A stretch of 64,000 nucleotides of DNA, from positions 434,001-498,000 of the forward strand of contig JAHDYR010000064.1 of the NCBI GenBank assembly GCA_019828565.1, read 5' to 3'. Each line of letters opens with the position of its first letter. Within the stretch, counting starts at the first letter, position 1. Under the pieces are notes generated by a model. The model worked only from the letters and a program-made list of their open reading frames with translations, was not told the origin of the DNA and did no database searches. The position numbers and the translations under genes are program-made. Shown here piece after piece: positions 1 through 11,643 of the stretch. The DNA is from Carpediemonas membranifera BICM (taxonomy: Eukaryota > Protista > Fornicata).

Positions 1-3
1 GGC

Positions 4-1101
4 GTGGTGGCGCCGGTCCCGATGCTCGTGCTCCTTTACCCCTTTCTCCAGCTGACTGGCGCCGACTCAGCCTCCATGCCGCACGCCCTGTACTACTCCC
101 TCGTCATGCTGCCCACGTCCGCCGTGTTCCTGGCCCCACACATCGTCACGGCAATGCTGCGGGCCGACGAGAAGCCCGTCGCGTCCATGCTCCTGACGCT
201 CGTGGCGTCCGTCCTCAACATCGGTCTCGACGTCCTCTTCGTCTTCGGGTTCGGCTGGGGCACCACGGGCGCCGCCGTTGCCTCGGTTATCAGCGACCTG
301 CTTGCCACGATTGCGTCCTTCGCCTACTACTACACGCCCGTCTACTTCTTGATCCATCCCCGCGCCGACCGGACCCGCGCCCTTGTTCTCCCGTGGCGCT
401 GCTATGTCCCTGACGTCTCCTGCATGGTCTTCATGGTCCGTAGCGCGGCCGTGTTCTCACTCTCTATGATCGGCTTCTCGACGATGCTCTTTCTCACCAA
501 CATCGCCATCGACCGCATCGTACCATCGTCCCTTACGTCCTCCTATCTGGCCGGCGAGACCGCCATCTACCGGATAACGCTTCTGTGCTGCGTCCCGTTC
601 ATCTCTATCGAGCAGGCCGTCATCCCGCTCGCCGCCTTCTACTACGGCGCGAGGCTTGCCCGCAAGACCCTCGAGGTGCTCGTGTCCGCCCTGTCTGCGG
701 GCCTCGTCGTCGGCGTCGTGTGCTGGTTGTTCATTACCCTCCTGCCCAAGTATTACATGCGCGCGTTCACAGACGACGCAGACGCCATCGACGCGGGCGT
801 GCTCGTTGCCCGCCGGCAGGGCATTCTCTTCGTCGTGCTCGGTGTGCTGCTCCCGGCGCAGGTCTTCCTCGTCGCCGTCCAGCGGAACAAGGCGGCCTTC
901 ATCACCATGGCATCGAGACAGATGGTCGTCGGCAACCTCACCGTCATTCTCGGCATTGTAGTTGGGAGCATCGATCTTGTTTTCCTGGCAACCCCCATCG
1001 GGGACGTCGTGGCTTCCGTCGTCAGCGTCATCTTTCTGGGATACTTGGGCATGAAACTGGCGACTCGCAGTCGGCGCAAAGCCGTCGAGGTGAAACCTTG
1101 A
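4..1101 (+). CDS. MATE-family multidrug efflux transporter (5' partial)
   Basis: Multi-TM ORF open from the window edge; 'VLNIGLDVLFVFGFGWGTTGAAVASVIS' is the typical MATE motif. Confidence 0.75.
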   Translation: MVAPVPMLVLLYPFLQLTGADSASMPHALYYSLVMLPTSAVFLAPHIVTAMLRADEKPVASMLLTLVASVLNIGLDVLFVFGFGWGTTGAAVASVISDLLATIASFAYYYTPVYFLIHPRADRTRALVLPWRCYVPDVSCMVFMVRSAAVFSLSMIGFSTMLFLTNIAIDRIVPSSLTSSYLAGETAIYRITLLCCVPFISIEQAVIPLAAFYYGARLARKTLEVLVSALSAGLVVGVVCWLFITLLPKYYMRAFTDDADAIDAGVLVARRQGILFVVLGVLLPAQVFLVAVQRNKAAFITMASRQMVVGNLTVILGIVVGSIDLVFLATPIGDVVASVVSVIFLGYLGMKLATRSRRKAVEVKP

Positions 1102-2100
1102 GGCTTCATAAAAATCGGTTTGACTGTTGTTGACTTGAGGTCGAGTCGTCCTGGCACACAGTGATAAGCCGTTACCTGACAAAAAAGTCGGGCGGCCAGA
1201 CTCCCTGACAGCGTTCATTTGACAACTTCAACATATCGGAGAGACCTCTGCACCGTGAGGTTGGGGTTAGAGAAGGCATTGCTAACAAAGGAGTGCAGCC
1301 AGCCTGTGAGTCAAACCACTGAGCCAAAATAGACCGGCATTCCACACCCAGACACATGTGTTGGAACCGTCATAAACCTCGTGTCCATTCTTATTTGGGC
1401 AAGCGATTGACCGGGTCGCCCCGATGATGTGACATGGTGGCATGTTTCGATTGATGAATCATCTCGGGTGAGTCGCGACTTAGAACCAAACATCGGCCGA
1501 ATTTGTCACTGATCCGCACGTCGTTCAGCCGGAGCATGATCGAACCGCGCACTGTAGAAGGCCGACCCACCTTGACGAGCTCACATCGCGCGCGGTTCAA
1601 AGTGAGATACAATGACCATTTATGGCGGGTTGAGCTCATGTAACATAACTAGTTGTAGTGGTATATGCGCAACACAACAGGCAATTTCTTCATTCTATAC
1701 CTGTCAGGGTCCCTCTGCTGGTGGTTGCTCGTAAATTTCAGTTCAAGTTCATGTCTCATGTCTTCACATAGCCACACTCACATGCACTTATCCACTTCCC
1801 AAACAAGCTATCAGCGTGTCTGCGGGCCTGCTGCCTGCTACAATGTGAGATTATGCTCAAGTTAGCCTGATGGCAGTCAACCCGACGCACACCTCAAAAG
1901 GCAATGGGTATTCAAAACAAAGAAACAAAAAGCGATTCTCACTATGGGCAACACGGTTGAATGGCACAGAAGTATCCATAGCTGCGCCAAAATGGTCCGA
2001 CTGGCCCTACTTCCAAAGTCACGGCATAGATGCAGGAAAAAAGGAAAAGCAAGAATTTTTTCGTTGAAAAAAAGTGCCTCTACGAGTGTGATCAGTGAAG

Positions 2101-2594
2101 ATGGCTTCTGGCATCAACGCCGCCCGTAAGCTTCGCAACGTTCGCCGCGTCAACCGCTGGTACGTAGTTTCCGCCGATTTCTGGACTTATTTAGGGCTGA
2201 TAAGGAGTACAAGCGCGCCAACCTCGGCACCTGGCAGAAGGCCGATCCCTTCATGGGCGCTTCCCACGCCAAGGGCATCGTCGTCGAGAAGATGTATGTT
2301 TTAGCTGGTTTTTAGTTGTTATACAGCGGCGTCGAGGCCAAGCAGCCTAACTCTGCTATCCGTAAGTGTGCTCGTTGCCAGCTCATCAAGAACGGCAAGA
2401 AGATCACCGCCTTCGTCCCCGGCGATGGTTGCCTTACCTTCATCGATGAGAACGACGAGGTCCTCATCTCTGGCTTCGGCCGTAGAGGTCACGCCGTTGG
2501 TGATATCCCCGGTGTCCGTTTCAAGGTCGTCAAGGTCTCCAACGTTTCCCTCCTCGCCCTCTTCCGTGGCAAGAAGGAGAAGCCCCGTTCTTAA
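2101..2594 (+). CDS. RPS23: 40S ribosomal protein S23 (uS12); exons 2101-2159, 2195-2293, 2327-2594
   Basis: After removing GT-AG introns 2160-2194 (35 nt) and 2294-2326 (33 nt): [12 protein letters not shown]...RWADKEYK...[14 protein letters not shown]...[13 protein letters not shown]...KKEKPRS. Confidence 0.97.
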
Positions 2595-2887
2595 ATTTGC
2601 CCGGTGTGTCCTTTGCTGATGTCTGTGGAGAAGAACAGCAGAAGTAAAAGAGTACAGATTGTTTCAATACACTTTCGGCTTTCAGTGTATTCAAGCCTGC
2701 GCATGCAGAATCCCGTCCCGCATGCGTCAGCTTCCTATCTTTCAACCACGTCTCGGTCGACCAAGGAATAAATAAAAAAGAACTCAGATGGTCTGCTGCC
2801 ACAGTAAACTACGTCTGTAGCTTTGTCTAGCTGTTACTCTGGCCATCCGTTCACATCCAACGCGCTTTATGTGCGTTACATGCGCCT

Positions 2888-5266
2888 ATGTATTCATACT
2901 CTCAGCCAGAAGTGATGTGTGCTCTTTCCGCTCAGCAGCTTGCTGAGGCGTATAGGTCTCTGAGAGAGTGGTCTTCTGGGAATACACAGTACTTCCCAGA
3001 GATATACAGGCAGAAGAATGCTGTAATGACCGCGACTGCCACACTAATGCCATCTGTGGCTTGTCTGGCCTCAAAATACCTAGAATTGTTCATCCTGAAG
3101 ATCACAGATCCACGTGTAACCGCCAATGCGGCCCGCTATAGGCTTCCGTCATTTCGTTTTGACGCCATCCGCGAACCCACCGTGTTGCTGAAGACACTAC
3201 TCCGTATGGCTGAGACGGCGCCCACGCCGACGAGTGCCCTAGTCGTGCTCAACTCGATGTCCACGATCCTCCTCCAGCGACAGCCCTCAGCCGACTCTGC
3301 CTCGCTCCTGGAGAGTCTGTGGACCCCTGCCGCCGAGGGCTTGCTGGCACTGGCCAACGGACGGGTCGGAAACCTCGCCGAATACGACAGTGCGGAACAG
3401 TGGAACTTCCTGTTCCATCTGAGGAAGCATGCCCATGCGCTGGTGGCGGTGTTCGAGCGCATCATGGACTCGTCCACCGAGTCGGTCCATAGAGCCAAGT
3501 TCGCCAACACTTCGGCCACTCTGCGGCAGGCCATCAACCGCATCGAGGCCGAGGACTGCTTTGCGGAGGACGTTGCTCCCGTGGTCGACACCCACGCCGC
3601 CGCCGCCCTCAGCGAGGCCCTGATCTCCGCGGCAATCGCAGGGTTGCCCGCCCCGAAGCTTACCCTATCGAACGACGTCTACGCCCGGACGCTAGGTCTG
3701 ATCTGCGACGCAGCGATGGCCGAGGCTGTCACGGGGCCCGCCCACGCCGCCCTGGTCGCCCGGATCACACCGGACGCCGCCGAGTGCCACGAGGTGCGCG
3801 CCATGCTGTGGGCGGAGTTCTCTGCAGCCGTGCACCGAGCGGGGCAGGGAGTGGTGTCTGCAGACTACTTCACGGAGACTCTGGCGACTAACGGGCTCGA
3901 GGTGCTAGTCGATATGGCGGCTGTGGCGGGGTTCAACGACCCCGAGGGCGCCATCGACACCGTCCTCGGGCTGGCGGACCCGAAGTACCCCAAGGACCGC
4001 GGCCTGACGTCCCATCTGCAGCGGTACGCGTCGTACCTGTGCAGGGCCATCCTAACCCTGCACGGCTCAATCAAATCCCAATCAATTACGCGGTGCTTGG
4101 CGGAGCTGCTGGCTACTGTGCCATTCGTCCCCCGCGCGGCACTCTATGCGCTGCTCGGCATCTGTATGTCCCCCAAGGATTCGATCTCGGGGTTCAACGT
4201 AGTGAAGCTCGTCATCGCCCAGGCCAAAACCACCCCACTCGTCCGCCAGCTGGTCAAGATCCTGTTCGCGATCGCCCAGCTGTCCGGCGACGAGCGCTCT
4301 GACGCCCGCCGGGCCGTCGCCACCCGCGTCCTCGTTGACCTGGCCCGGACGGGAGTCCCAGGCGTGGTCGCTGCGATCACGGAGCAGACGGACATCCTCG
4401 TCGGGGGGACGTTCGACATGGTCGCGGCCAACATGGACGACAAACAGCCCGACCCGAACGACTTCGCCCGGCGAGTGCTGCTACCGGCCATACGCCCTAA
4501 GATGCAGCTTGTGCAGGCCCTGACGGCCGGGGACGGCGGCTATGCCATCCGGGCAGCTGCGGGGCGGTTGAATGAGCTGCACGAGCGCTTCTACGTGTCG
4601 TCGACCAAGATTATCGAGCTCAAGAAGGAGCTCAACGCCGGTCGGCAGCCCAACGAAACAGACGCGGGCTTCTCCACGCGCACGAGGGAGCTGCACACGA
4701 AGCTAGCGACACTGGACTCGAGGAAGAAGTCCGTGAGCCCCTTCTTCGCCCTGTTCAACGTATCCACGAGTTCCGGGCTCTTGCTCTTCACACACTCGGG
4801 GTCGGCCCGCACCCCCGCGGACTGCAGGGCCAAGGAGCAGCTGCCATGGAAGCATCTCTCGGCCGTGGACGGGGTCGAGCTAGTTGACCAGGGCACGCTG
4901 TCAGTGCCGCACGCGTATGTCGCGGAGCTGACCCGCCAGATAACGCTGCCCGAGTCGAACCGGTTCCTGCTGGTCCACATGCGGCGTGTGGTGCCCCCGT
5001 TGATTGGGTCGATGCACCAGCTCTTCGAGGTCCTCAAACACGGCGACCCCGTCGACAGAGAGGCCGCGGTGGCCATCGAGAACGCCAAGAACAGGTACGG
5101 TCTGCTGCTACGGGACGCCATGCTGAGTGAGGGCCGGTCGTCGCGGTCGTCCGATGAGCAACGCGTCGCCATGGATCGTGGCATCGAGAGTGAGTGGCGG
5201 TCACGCGGTTTCGAGGCGAACAAGCGGAAAGCAGCACCAAGCTCAAGCTCTAAGCGCAGTAAGTGA
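2888..5266 (+). CDS. 792-aa helical protein, possibly symplekin/Pta1-like
   Basis: Long ORF with coding-like codon bias. The segment 'ELLATVPFVPRAALYALLGIC...SGFNVVKLVI...ARRAVATRVL' resembles the symplekin central region; assignment tentative. Confidence 0.5.
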   Translation: MYSYSQPEVMCALSAQQLAEAYRSLREWSSGNTQYFPEIYRQKNAVMTATATLMPSVACLASKYLELFILKITDPRVTANAARYRLPSFRFDAIREPTVLLKTLLRMAETAPTPTSALVVLNSMSTILLQRQPSADSASLLESLWTPAAEGLLALANGRVGNLAEYDSAEQWNFLFHLRKHAHALVAVFERIMDSSTESVHRAKFANTSATLRQAINRIEAEDCFAEDVAPVVDTHAAAALSEALISAAIAGLPAPKLTLSNDVYARTLGLICDAAMAEAVTGPAHAALVARITPDAAECHEVRAMLWAEFSAAVHRAGQGVVSADYFTETLATNGLEVLVDMAAVAGFNDPEGAIDTVLGLADPKYPKDRGLTSHLQRYASYLCRAILTLHGSIKSQSITRCLAELLATVPFVPRAALYALLGICMSPKDSISGFNVVKLVIAQAKTTPLVRQLVKILFAIAQLSGDERSDARRAVATRVLVDLARTGVPGVVAAITEQTDILVGGTFDMVAANMDDKQPDPNDFARRVLLPAIRPKMQLVQALTAGDGGYAIRAAAGRLNELHERFYVSSTKIIELKKELNAGRQPNETDAGFSTRTRELHTKLATLDSRKKSVSPFFALFNVSTSSGLLLFTHSGSARTPADCRAKEQLPWKHLSAVDGVELVDQGTLSVPHAYVAELTRQITLPESNRFLLVHMRRVVPPLIGSMHQLFEVLKHGDPVDREAAVAIENAKNRYGLLLRDAMLSEGRSSRSSDEQRVAMDRGIESEWRSRGFEANKRKAAPSSSSKRSK

Positions 5267-5554
5267 AGTTTACTACGACCATAAACGCGCCGTTCTCGAA
5301 CACTTCTGCCTAATATCATCGACTCCCAACCAGTCCCAGTCTCGTCTGATGGATAGGTGCCAGTGAGTGTGGCTAGGTGTGTGAAGTGGACATGAGATAT
5401 GTTGAACTGGAAAATTTACGAGCAGCCACTATCAGAGAGACCCTGACAGGTATTGAAGGAAGGAAATGCATTCTGTGTTGTACATAAACAACGCCGTTCA
5501 TCTTTTGATTCTGTTGGCATCGCTGTGCATATTTCCCAAAGCCTAATTCTCAGG

Positions 5555-6110
5555 ATGGCAGCAAAGCCTACTGTAGCTCACAGAGGGATTCCCCAGGCGG
5601 GTATGTGGTTATTTTGCTTTGTTTTACGCAGATTTCATCGATAATCCCAACGCGTTCATCGCTCAGCACAAGAATGCCGAAGAGGCGCTCACGAGCCTGA
5701 ATGAGCAGTACAGCAAGTACAAGTTCATGGACGCACAGCTTATTAGGCAAAAGACCTCAATCGCTGGCCGCATCCCCGATCTTGAGGCTAGCCTGAAGAC
5801 AATCCAGTTCTACCAGCAGAAGCGCGAGGAGACTACCGTGAACCACGAGATTGCCGACGGTGTGTACGCCAAGGCCACGGTTCCTGCTGTTGAGAACGTG
5901 TCTATCTGGCTGGGCTGCAGCACGATGGTGGAATACCCCATTGACGACGCCGAGGCCCTCCTCAAGAGGAATCTTGCTGGGGCCCGGGCGCAGGTCGCCG
6001 GCCTTGATTCTGACCTCGATTACCTCAAGGAGCAGATCACGACGCTCGAGGTGAGCCTGGCTCGTGTGTACAATGCCGATGTGCTGCGGAGGCGCCAGAC
6101 CCGCGCTTAG
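5555..6110 (+). CDS. PFDN3: Prefoldin subunit 3 (VBP1); intron 5601-5631
   Basis: HRGIPQA|DFI...EQYSKYKFM...VSIWLGCSTMVEYPIDDAEALL...EQITTLEVSLARVYN. Confidence 0.9.
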
Positions 6111-6240
6111 ATTAAAATCATGCAACCACTACTTGCTATGTGTGTAGGGACGCCTAGCTCCCGCGGACCCCCTGATTGCCAGTCCCGCACCTTAAGGGAC
6201 GAACCGACCATCCGCAGAATTTCCCCAAAATTCTGGAAAT

Positions 6241-8541
6241 ATGCAAGCACGCCCCCCAAGTGCAAGAAGACCGAACTCTGCAAGACCACCAAGGAAACTA
6301 TCGATCTTTACGCGCGAAAATACCGCCAATCAAGGCGGAGCGATGGCCAAGGCGACGAGTCCGCCCACCGTGCCTCCCCTGCGCTCTGGAGAAACCGCAA
6401 CACTCTTCATGAACCCATTACACCGCTCAAATGGGACATCTGCGGCCAACCTGAGCATGCGGCGGGCTTCAACAGTCCATATGCTGAACCAAATCAAGCA
6501 AAGCGCCGTCGGACGGCACTCCTCGCTCTCTGCGATGACTCACTCATCCACTGCGGCGCCGTCTGAGTTCGGGGCGGACTCCAGCGTGTATCTTGACACC
6601 GAGGAGGACGATGATTCGTTCAGTAGCTACGGTTCCGATGAGGAGGACGAGGACCTCCTCCACGAAAAGCGGACACGGGAAGCCATGGCGTCCGCAGACA
6701 AGACGCTGAGAGACGTAGACATCAAGACCAACCCGCATCTGAAGCTGGTCGAGTCCCTCCAAGCCCAGGGCGTTGCCAAGGCCAGCCAGCTCGTCGCCCT
6801 CAACACGTTCAGCTCGAGTGACTTTTCCCAGGCCAGGAACCAGGCGCTGTTCCTCAAGGCGAACGGCGTGTCCGTGCTCGTGCGGCTGATCATGGAGAAC
6901 AAGGATCTGACGGTTCGGAAGAACGCCATAGCCCTGCTGACCAAACTCGCGGCCATACCCGAGTTTCAGGTCACCCTATTCGACATGGATGGACTCAAGG
7001 GGCCACTGGAGCTCCTGGCGGACGAGCGCACCCCACCCCCGATCCAGAGCGCCATCATGCGGCTGATAGAGACGTGCGGCGAGTTCTACGGGCTGAGACG
7101 GGCAGTGCGGCAGGCTAACGGGCTCGGGATCATCCTCGGTCACCTGAAGAACATGGGCAAGCGTCATGCCGCCGTCGCCCCTTGCGCCATGGCTGCGATC
7201 GACGTCCTTCTTCGCTCTGCGGGGAACAGAAGCGCGGTCAAGGCGACCGGCGGGCTGCAGACCATCGTCGGTCTCATCCGGTCAACGCTGAGTGACCACT
7301 CCAACCCAGCCAACGAGGCGACGATCACGAGTGCCGTCGCGGCCTTGCGACACTTCACCAACGACGACACTGAGTTCACCGAGCTCGTGGCGTGCGGCGT
7401 GCCGGAGATCCTGTGCGCGGTGCTCGCCAAGATCGACACACCCGCCGCCCTCGAGCATGTTGTCGCGACTCTTGCGGCCATGGCGCAGCTAAAGGAGGTG
7501 CAGATTACGGTCCACAAGAACAAGGGTGTGCACTCGCTGTGCAAGCACCTCGACAAGCCCGGTGCGCTGCAGGTCTCTGCGCTTGTTGCCCTCCGCCACC
7601 TGGCGCAGTACGGTCCCAATCGAAAGGTCCTGGTCGGCCTCAAGATTGCCTCCACGATTGCCGCCATGCTCCGAGATGTCGATGAAGACCTTGTCGGCAG
7701 GGCTGCCCTCGTGGTCTCGTCGATTGGCTCTAACCCCGATGCCCGCCAGGCCATCCGGAGGGCCGGCGCTGTGTCGATCCTTGTGGGGCATCTCAAGAGC
7801 GTCAACAACAGCCTCCTCAGAGACGTGTCGACAGCGCTGGCCACCCTGGGTGAAGATGAGAAGCTGGCTGCCGACATTATCCAGGCAGACGGCGTAAGGC
7901 TGCTTTGGTCGCTACTCCGCGTTCAGTCATCGCAGGTCATCGCTGCCGCCGCGGCTGCCCTTGTCCCTCTCTTGAAGTCCCCCGATGAGATTGCCAAGGT
8001 TGGCCGCACGTTCGTGGGCGGTCTCCGGATAGTCGTCACTCTGTTCAAATCGAAGAACGAGGAAGTGCTCGGGTACGCCGCCGCCCTTGTCGCCCAGCTC
8101 GCCAGAGACACCGAGAACTGCCAGATCCTCACCGAGTCGAACGTCATTGATGATCTCTGCCGGCTCGTTCGGTCGACCCAGTCCGACCTCATCAGGCAGC
8201 ACGCAGCCTCCGCACTCGCATACATGGCAGTACTGGGCGACAACCGCGCCGCCATCGGGGAGAACGCCGTGCTGGAGCCGCTTGTCGGGTTCTTCACGTC
8301 GACGGGCAGCCCGCTGGTGCACCGATCCACAGCCCACGCACTCAGCAACCTCGCGTCGCACCCCGAGAACGCCCGGGTGCTCCGTGATGTCAGGGCGCAT
8401 GTGCCACTAGTGAAGCTCATGGCTAGCACGGACGAGGTGGCGCAGCTGGCGTCGGCCGTGGCAGTCAGGCACATCAGATTGCACCATGTCAAGAGGTTGG
8501 AGGCCAGCATGATGGCAGGGACGACGCTGAACGCGTTCTGA
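6241..8541 (+). CDS. ODAD2: Armadillo-repeat outer dynein arm docking protein (ARMC4/ODAD2-like)
   Basis: 'DGVRLLWSLL', 'TFVGGLRIVVTLFKSKNEEVL' and 'VHRSTAHALSNL' match the ARMC4 C-terminal ARM repeats; start codon uncertain. Confidence 0.82.
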   Translation: MQARPPSARRPNSARPPRKLSIFTRENTANQGGAMAKATSPPTVPPLRSGETATLFMNPLHRSNGTSAANLSMRRASTVHMLNQIKQSAVGRHSSLSAMTHSSTAAPSEFGADSSVYLDTEEDDDSFSSYGSDEEDEDLLHEKRTREAMASADKTLRDVDIKTNPHLKLVESLQAQGVAKASQLVALNTFSSSDFSQARNQALFLKANGVSVLVRLIMENKDLTVRKNAIALLTKLAAIPEFQVTLFDMDGLKGPLELLADERTPPPIQSAIMRLIETCGEFYGLRRAVRQANGLGIILGHLKNMGKRHAAVAPCAMAAIDVLLRSAGNRSAVKATGGLQTIVGLIRSTLSDHSNPANEATITSAVAALRHFTNDDTEFTELVACGVPEILCAVLAKIDTPAALEHVVATLAAMAQLKEVQITVHKNKGVHSLCKHLDKPGALQVSALVALRHLAQYGPNRKVLVGLKIASTIAAMLRDVDEDLVGRAALVVSSIGSNPDARQAIRRAGAVSILVGHLKSVNNSLLRDVSTALATLGEDEKLAADIIQADGVRLLWSLLRVQSSQVIAAAAAALVPLLKSPDEIAKVGRTFVGGLRIVVTLFKSKNEEVLGYAAALVAQLARDTENCQILTESNVIDDLCRLVRSTQSDLIRQHAASALAYMAVLGDNRAAIGENAVLEPLVGFFTSTGSPLVHRSTAHALSNLASHPENARVLRDVRAHVPLVKLMASTDEVAQLASAVAVRHIRLHHVKRLEASMMAGTTLNAF

Positions 8542-8730
8542 GGCGTTTATGTACATATGACAGCATAGTTTAAACGACGGGCGATCTGAAGTTTGTAATG
8601 TCCGGCACTGTCGGCGGAACACGAAAAGGCCGAGCCGGACTCTACCAGACCGGCGGACTGCCTTGGCGGACCCCAGCTTCCTCCGTCAGCCTGTTGGAAT
8701 CGCCAAATTTAGGCGGCCACTCATCATTCA

Positions 8731-9267
8731 ATGATAAGCGTCCTAACGACGATATTCACCATCATAGCCGTTATATGGGCGTACATAACGCTTACAATGC
8801 TCATACTAGGCGTCAGCATCCCTATGTTCGTCATTTCGATTTATACGCCCCGTTTGAAGTACACGAGCGTACCCCTGGGCTTCTTTGTGATAATGATCTC
8901 ACCATTGTTCGGCGGCCATTTCGTTCTACTCGCAGGTGTTGCTCTTGTCGCCGTTGGTCTCCTTCAAGCCCATAGCCGCCAGGGCGTTCTCCCAAACTCT
9001 TCCGCCCTCCTGTCCCAGCCGTCCAACGCCATGCCCAGTGCGCCCCCGGAGTACCATGTCCGCGCCTACGGCCATGGCGGCTTATACCCGCGCCGCTCCA
9101 CCGCAGCGTTCGACTACACGGCTAAGGCGCCCACCGTCCGGACCGGGTCCCCACCGCACGCCCTGCACGGCGGGTACAGCAACATGGCGCCCTTGGAGTA
9201 CAGCCGCCATGCCCAGCAAACGACCCCAGCGTACCAGCCGATGGTGCAGCCAGGTGCTTTGGAATAG
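8731..9267 (+). CDS. Hypothetical membrane protein (hydrophobic N-half, Pro/Tyr-rich tail)
   Basis: ATG-initiated 178-aa ORF with ~3 hydrophobic segments. Confidence 0.5.
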   Translation: MISVLTTIFTIIAVIWAYITLTMLILGVSIPMFVISIYTPRLKYTSVPLGFFVIMISPLFGGHFVLLAGVALVAVGLLQAHSRQGVLPNSSALLSQPSNAMPSAPPEYHVRAYGHGGLYPRRSTAAFDYTAKAPTVRTGSPPHALHGGYSNMAPLEYSRHAQQTTPAYQPMVQPGALE

Positions 9268-9553
9268 GCGCCGCCCGCTTCTCTCTAATCCATATAAAGC
9301 AGCTTATTGGTGTGAGGCATGTGGCGCCCTTTCTTAGAGCATTTCAAAGGACAACCAATCTTTATCGAATGGTATCGGCCACTTGACGAGGACTGACGGA
9401 GAGGATGTGTGTCTCTGCTGTAATGTCGCGGCCCCGGGGGCGGGTCAGCAACTGATTTGCATGGCCATTCGCCAGACGTGACTGGGACTAGACTTTGACC
9501 AGACTGAACATTCATTATCAACGCTGTGAACGCGAACGCGCCACTATTGAGCC

Positions 9554-9905
9554 ATGCTGATCAGGCAAGGGATGATGTGGAAGCAAGGAAAGATCGTGAA
9601 GAACTGGAAACACGTTCGTCACCCTTGTGTACTTTACACAGCGATATTTCGTCCTCCTGAAGACAAGCACGCCCGGATTGGAGCTAAGGTACTTCCATAG
9701 ACCAGAATCATCACTCCCAAAAGGCGTAGTGAAGATCACCAAGTACACGTGCACCCTCACGATGGGCGTGCACGGCAACCGGCGTTATCTGGAGGTCCGG
9801 GTTCCCGGCCGGACCTACTACATGCACAGTACCAGCAGCAGCGAGCTCGAGGGCTGGTACAACGACCTCCGCCAGGCGATAACGGATCTCCCGGGCAGAC
9901 GGTAG
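9554..9905 (+). CDS. Small stand-alone PH-domain protein; intron 9614-9641
   Basis: MLIRQGMMWKQGKIVKNWKH|RYFVL...PKGVV...RTYYM...ELEGWYNDL follows the PH consensus once the 28-nt GTTCGT..ACAG intron is removed. Confidence 0.78.
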
Positions 9906-10199
9906 GGGACCTTCTACACGGGTCGGATGATGCGATGTTGTTCCATCAGTCGCTTTGCTATGGCGGTTGTACCACTATTGTATTAAAATTTCGTCGTTTG
10001 TGTGGGAGGGAACTGCACGATCGCTCATGTGGTGGTGATGTGCTGGGGCGACACACGATTTGATAAATGGCGGTCAGGTATCCATGTATCCCCGCAGGAG
10101 TGCCCAGATGCGTTTCCGCGCTTGCGCTGCGCGCTTGCTCTTCCAATCAATCCAAATCTAAAACTGCACAATGTATCGAACCAAATCACGCCCACCCGA

Positions 10200-11027
10200 A
10201 TGTCAACTTTCTACTGTGTGAAGGCGAGGACTATTGATGATAGCACCATTAACGTTGTCTTGCCAGATGTAGGAATGGTGAGCCGCGGTTACAGGTGGTT
10301 GCTGAGAAAATCTCCAACCTCACCAGGAATCGGCACCTGGATTGCCGTACAGGGCTTAGCACTTCTTATTCTCTATCTTACGATCTTTATATGCGAGATC
10401 TTTGCTGTTCCCTTGACACCAGTAACTGTGGGCCTGTCGCACTGGCTTGGCACGTCATTGCCAGTAATAGTCTTCTATAGCGTCCTGGACGCAAATCTCA
10501 ACCAGGCCATGTGGCTCTGTGCGCATGGGGACATTCCTACGAGCCTTACGGGCTACATTATGCCCAAGACTGCCGGTTCGCGGGCCGGCATGGCCATTAC
10601 CATTGGAATCACGGCGATCAACGTCGTCACCATCGTCATCCCAGTCTTAGCTCCCATAGCGCTCATCGTGAAGATCGTCACCCAGCCCACCATCGGCTTC
10701 ATCAAGGCCAACTACCCCGAGTACACTGCTGGTGACATCGTCAAGAAGCAGGTCGCAATCTTCGCGAAGAACTGGGTTTGGCAGGTAGCATTCAACATCC
10801 TGACTGTCTTCGTGATGATCATCGAGCTCCTGACGCTCTTCACGGCGACCCTCATCACACGCCCGGTCCTCCACGCCGTGGGTGTCCACTACCATGCTGC
10901 CGTGTTCGGGGAGATGGTCGCTGTGAGTCAGCCCACGGCGTTGGCCGGGGAGGGCCTGGTGGGGAACCCCCTGCGGGACCCGGCGCCGGTTACCGAGTAC
11001 CAGAGCGAGGAGGACACACGCGAGTAA
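10200..11027 (+). CDS. Hypothetical polytopic membrane protein
   Basis: ORF with 4-5 hydrophobic segments and GC3 bias; first ATG at 10200. Confidence 0.55.
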   Translation: MSTFYCVKARTIDDSTINVVLPDVGMVSRGYRWLLRKSPTSPGIGTWIAVQGLALLILYLTIFICEIFAVPLTPVTVGLSHWLGTSLPVIVFYSVLDANLNQAMWLCAHGDIPTSLTGYIMPKTAGSRAGMAITIGITAINVVTIVIPVLAPIALIVKIVTQPTIGFIKANYPEYTAGDIVKKQVAIFAKNWVWQVAFNILTVFVMIIELLTLFTATLITRPVLHAVGVHYHAAVFGEMVAVSQPTALAGEGLVGNPLRDPAPVTEYQSEEDTRE

Positions 11028-11643
11028 ATGACATAGGGTGACATGATAGGCTGGCATTGGGCGAGGGTGGGCAGATCTGTGTGTGCAGGATCTCACAATC
11101 TTTCCAATCTGTTGTTGACAGATTGCGATAAAAAGTCGGTTCCCTTAAAGGTAAATCAGTCTGCCAGGCTGCAATGTGCGTTTCCGCGTGGAAAAAGCGC
11201 GAGCGGCGATAATCAGCGATAATCAGCGGACTTGTTGCCATGACAAAGATGGTGCAGATGGGCAATGTCGCGAAGATAGCTGGCTTGACGGTCTGCCTCG
11301 CGATGTACATCCATGACCCAGTGTCGTACATGTCGGACTGGTGTGGCAGAGTGTGAGCATGAAGGCAAAGAAGAACGACATCAATGCAAGCTGACCCTGG
11401 GTCGCGCAGTGCATGTAGTTGGCGACCATAAATAGCAAGCCCCAGACAAGGAATGCGATGTATCTGGGACTGTTGACGATGATGAAGCCGACGCCTGCGC
11501 GGTCCACCAGACCGGCTAAGTCGACCAGCTCGAGCCGAGTGGATTAACAGCAGCGACGGGATGCTGAGGATGCGCAACTTTATACTATGGCAGGTGCCAG
11601 ATGGTAGCCTGGCAGCATTATATCAACTCTCTTGGTCACGGTC

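Noticed and set aside
1420-1515. Possible C/D box snoRNA (tgatga ... ctga)
   Set aside because: Short boxes occur by chance; no terminal stem or recognisable rRNA complement.
10990-11577. Hydrophobic minus-strand ORF fragments
   Set aside because: May be a small spliced membrane-protein gene, but no consistent exon model or family could be supported.
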